Of a stretch of 64,000 nucleotides of DNA, positions 63,064-64,000 are shown piece after piece; the stretch's first letter is position 1, and each line of letters opens with the position of its first letter. The stretch comes from an uncultured bacterium (GTDB lineage: Bacteria; SAR324; XYD2-FULL-50-16). The notes beneath the pieces are model-generated. The model worked only from the letters and a program-made list of their open reading frames with translations, was not told the DNA's origin and searched no databases. Made by a program: the position numbers and the translations under genes. The stretch is taken from contig CBFCZY010000014.1 of NCBI GenBank assembly GCA_965602905.1, positions 10,227 to 74,226 of the forward strand, read 5' to 3'.

Positions 63064-64000
63064 ATGCAACTGATTTATCTTTTTTTTACTCCCCATCACA
63101 TCAAATTTTGGGCTCCCAGTCTCTCACCCAGTGAGGGGCAAATGCCCCACTCAGGTGGCATTTCAGGCGCTTTAGAAGCTCTTCCTAATTTCTTAGACAG
63201 CCTGCCCAGTTGGGGCGAAACAGGAACTGGCAAGGTTGTGGCTATCTTCGACCAAGGCCTTTGTAGTTACCGCTACTTTCAACTACCTCCTTTAAAAGCC
63301 GCCAAGGTTAAAAAAATCCTCCCCTTTGAACTGGAAGACGAACTGATTTCAGCCGTTGAAGATGTCATCTATGATGTAAAAATTCAAAAATTCCAAGCGG
63401 GAAAACCTACAGACGCTGGGGTTTATCTTTTTGAAAGAGAAGCCTTGCAGCATGTCCAGCAATTGCTAACCAACTCAGGGTTAGAGCTATCCCAAGCAAC
63501 ATCTGGCCTATGCCTACTGGATCAACTTGTCACGGGACGCTCTAAAAATGCCGAGGGGTTACATCTCTTTTTTGACGGCAACCAAGCTTTTTTACTGCTC
63601 TATCAAGGTGGGTTTTTAGTCCAGTCCAGTAAAATTGAAGCCCAATCTACCTCAAATCAGCTTTTAAAGTCGATCAACCAAAGGCTAAAGGCTTGCTTTT
63701 TGGAGCTGGGGGAGTCCACTCCCTTAGAGTTGTATGGCCATGGGGAAATGCTTTTGGAAGTGAATGAAAAAAAGGAAGTGGCCTTTAGGGACCCAAAGGT
63801 TGAGCCAGACATTCCATTTCTTTTCCCTGATCTTTACCAAGTGCCCTTGCAAAAGGGTGCGACCATTAATTTTACCAAGCCAGAGCCCAAAGGAATCAAA
63901 GATTTTAGTAAGTCCCTTTGGAAATTCAAAGAGGTGGCTATTTTACTGGCCATTTGGTTTGCCGTCTATTTGGGTTCTGTGGGCTACCAGCTTTATAAAC
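63064..64000 (+). CDS. GspL/PilM-like secretion or pilus assembly protein. Partial: continues beyond the window.
   Basis: Hand translation from ATG 63064 stays open to the window end. It includes LPPLKAAKVKKILPFELEDELISAVEDV, typical of the GspL cytoplasmic domain, and a TM helix (VAILLAIWFAVYLGSVGY) near the end. Confidence 0.6.
   Translation, partial: MQLIYLFFTPHHIKFWAPSLSPSEGQMPHSGGISGALEALPNFLDSLPSWGETGTGKVVAIFDQGLCSYRYFQLPPLKAAKVKKILPFELEDELISAVEDVIYDVKIQKFQAGKPTDAGVYLFEREALQHVQQLLTNSGLELSQATSGLCLLDQLVTGRSKNAEGLHLFFDGNQAFLLLYQGGFLVQSSKIEAQSTSNQLLKSINQRLKACFLELGESTPLELYGHGEMLLEVNEKKEVAFRDPKVEPDIPFLFPDLYQVPLQKGATINFTKPEPKGIKDFSKSLWKFKEVAILLAIWFAVYLGSVGYQLYK

Noticed and set aside
1-64000. 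Mobile elements, prophage or genomic island boundaries
   Set aside because: I saw no integrase, transposase, tRNA gene, long flanking direct repeats or phage structural genes. The atypical regions are interspersed singly among housekeeping operons.

Overview
This looks like a 64-kb chromosomal segment from a diderm bacterium, moderately AT-rich by eye. It is densely coding and mostly housekeeping.

Recognisable genes and clusters:
- secA
- A complete iscR-iscS-iscU-iscA-hscB-hscA Fe-S cluster operon
- ispH and ahcY
- A type II NADH dehydrogenase
- A tightly packed minus-strand run: FAH-family gene, queC, queF, cysS, rlmB-like, aroQ, rlmN, folE
- tsaB-rimI-ddl
- Futalosine-pathway menaquinone genes: an mqnB-like nucleosidase and an mqnC/mqnE-type radical SAM enzyme
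- mnmG and accA
- A short-form hybrid cluster protein (hcp)

Several signalling proteins are also present: two HD-GYP-type proteins, a CheA-like kinase, a FecR-domain protein and a hemerythrin.

The many HD-GYP proteins, the futalosine pathway, a long S41 peptidase and the overall composition are compatible with a Bdellovibrionota/Oligoflexia-like organism. That assignment is an unverified inference.

I found no rRNA, tRNA, CRISPR array, transposase, integrase or phage genes.

The least ordinary parts of the window are:
1. 37.2-42.3 kb. This holds a degenerate HD-GYP protein, a double TerB-like protein and a 725-aa leaderless protein. That protein joins an N-terminal hemopexin-like repeat propeller to an unrecognised C-terminal domain. 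It is flanked by a perfect 14-bp x 4.4 tandem repeat across its stop codon, and by a 65-bp x 2.35 tandem repeat in the folE 3' UTR just upstream of it.
2. 25.9-29.5 kb. Two translationally coupled paralogous small acidic proteins sit next to a B12-binding radical SAM / VOC / GT2 cluster.
3. An HscB with a His/Cys-rich N-terminal extension.
4. A stand-alone dsRBD-like 73-aa ORF beside mnmG.
5. A low-coding gap at 31.3-32.2 kb with a strong orphan terminator and a mini-ORF.
6. A 608-aa acidic orphan protein.

All functional calls come from motif recognition in the supplied translations. No database search was run.
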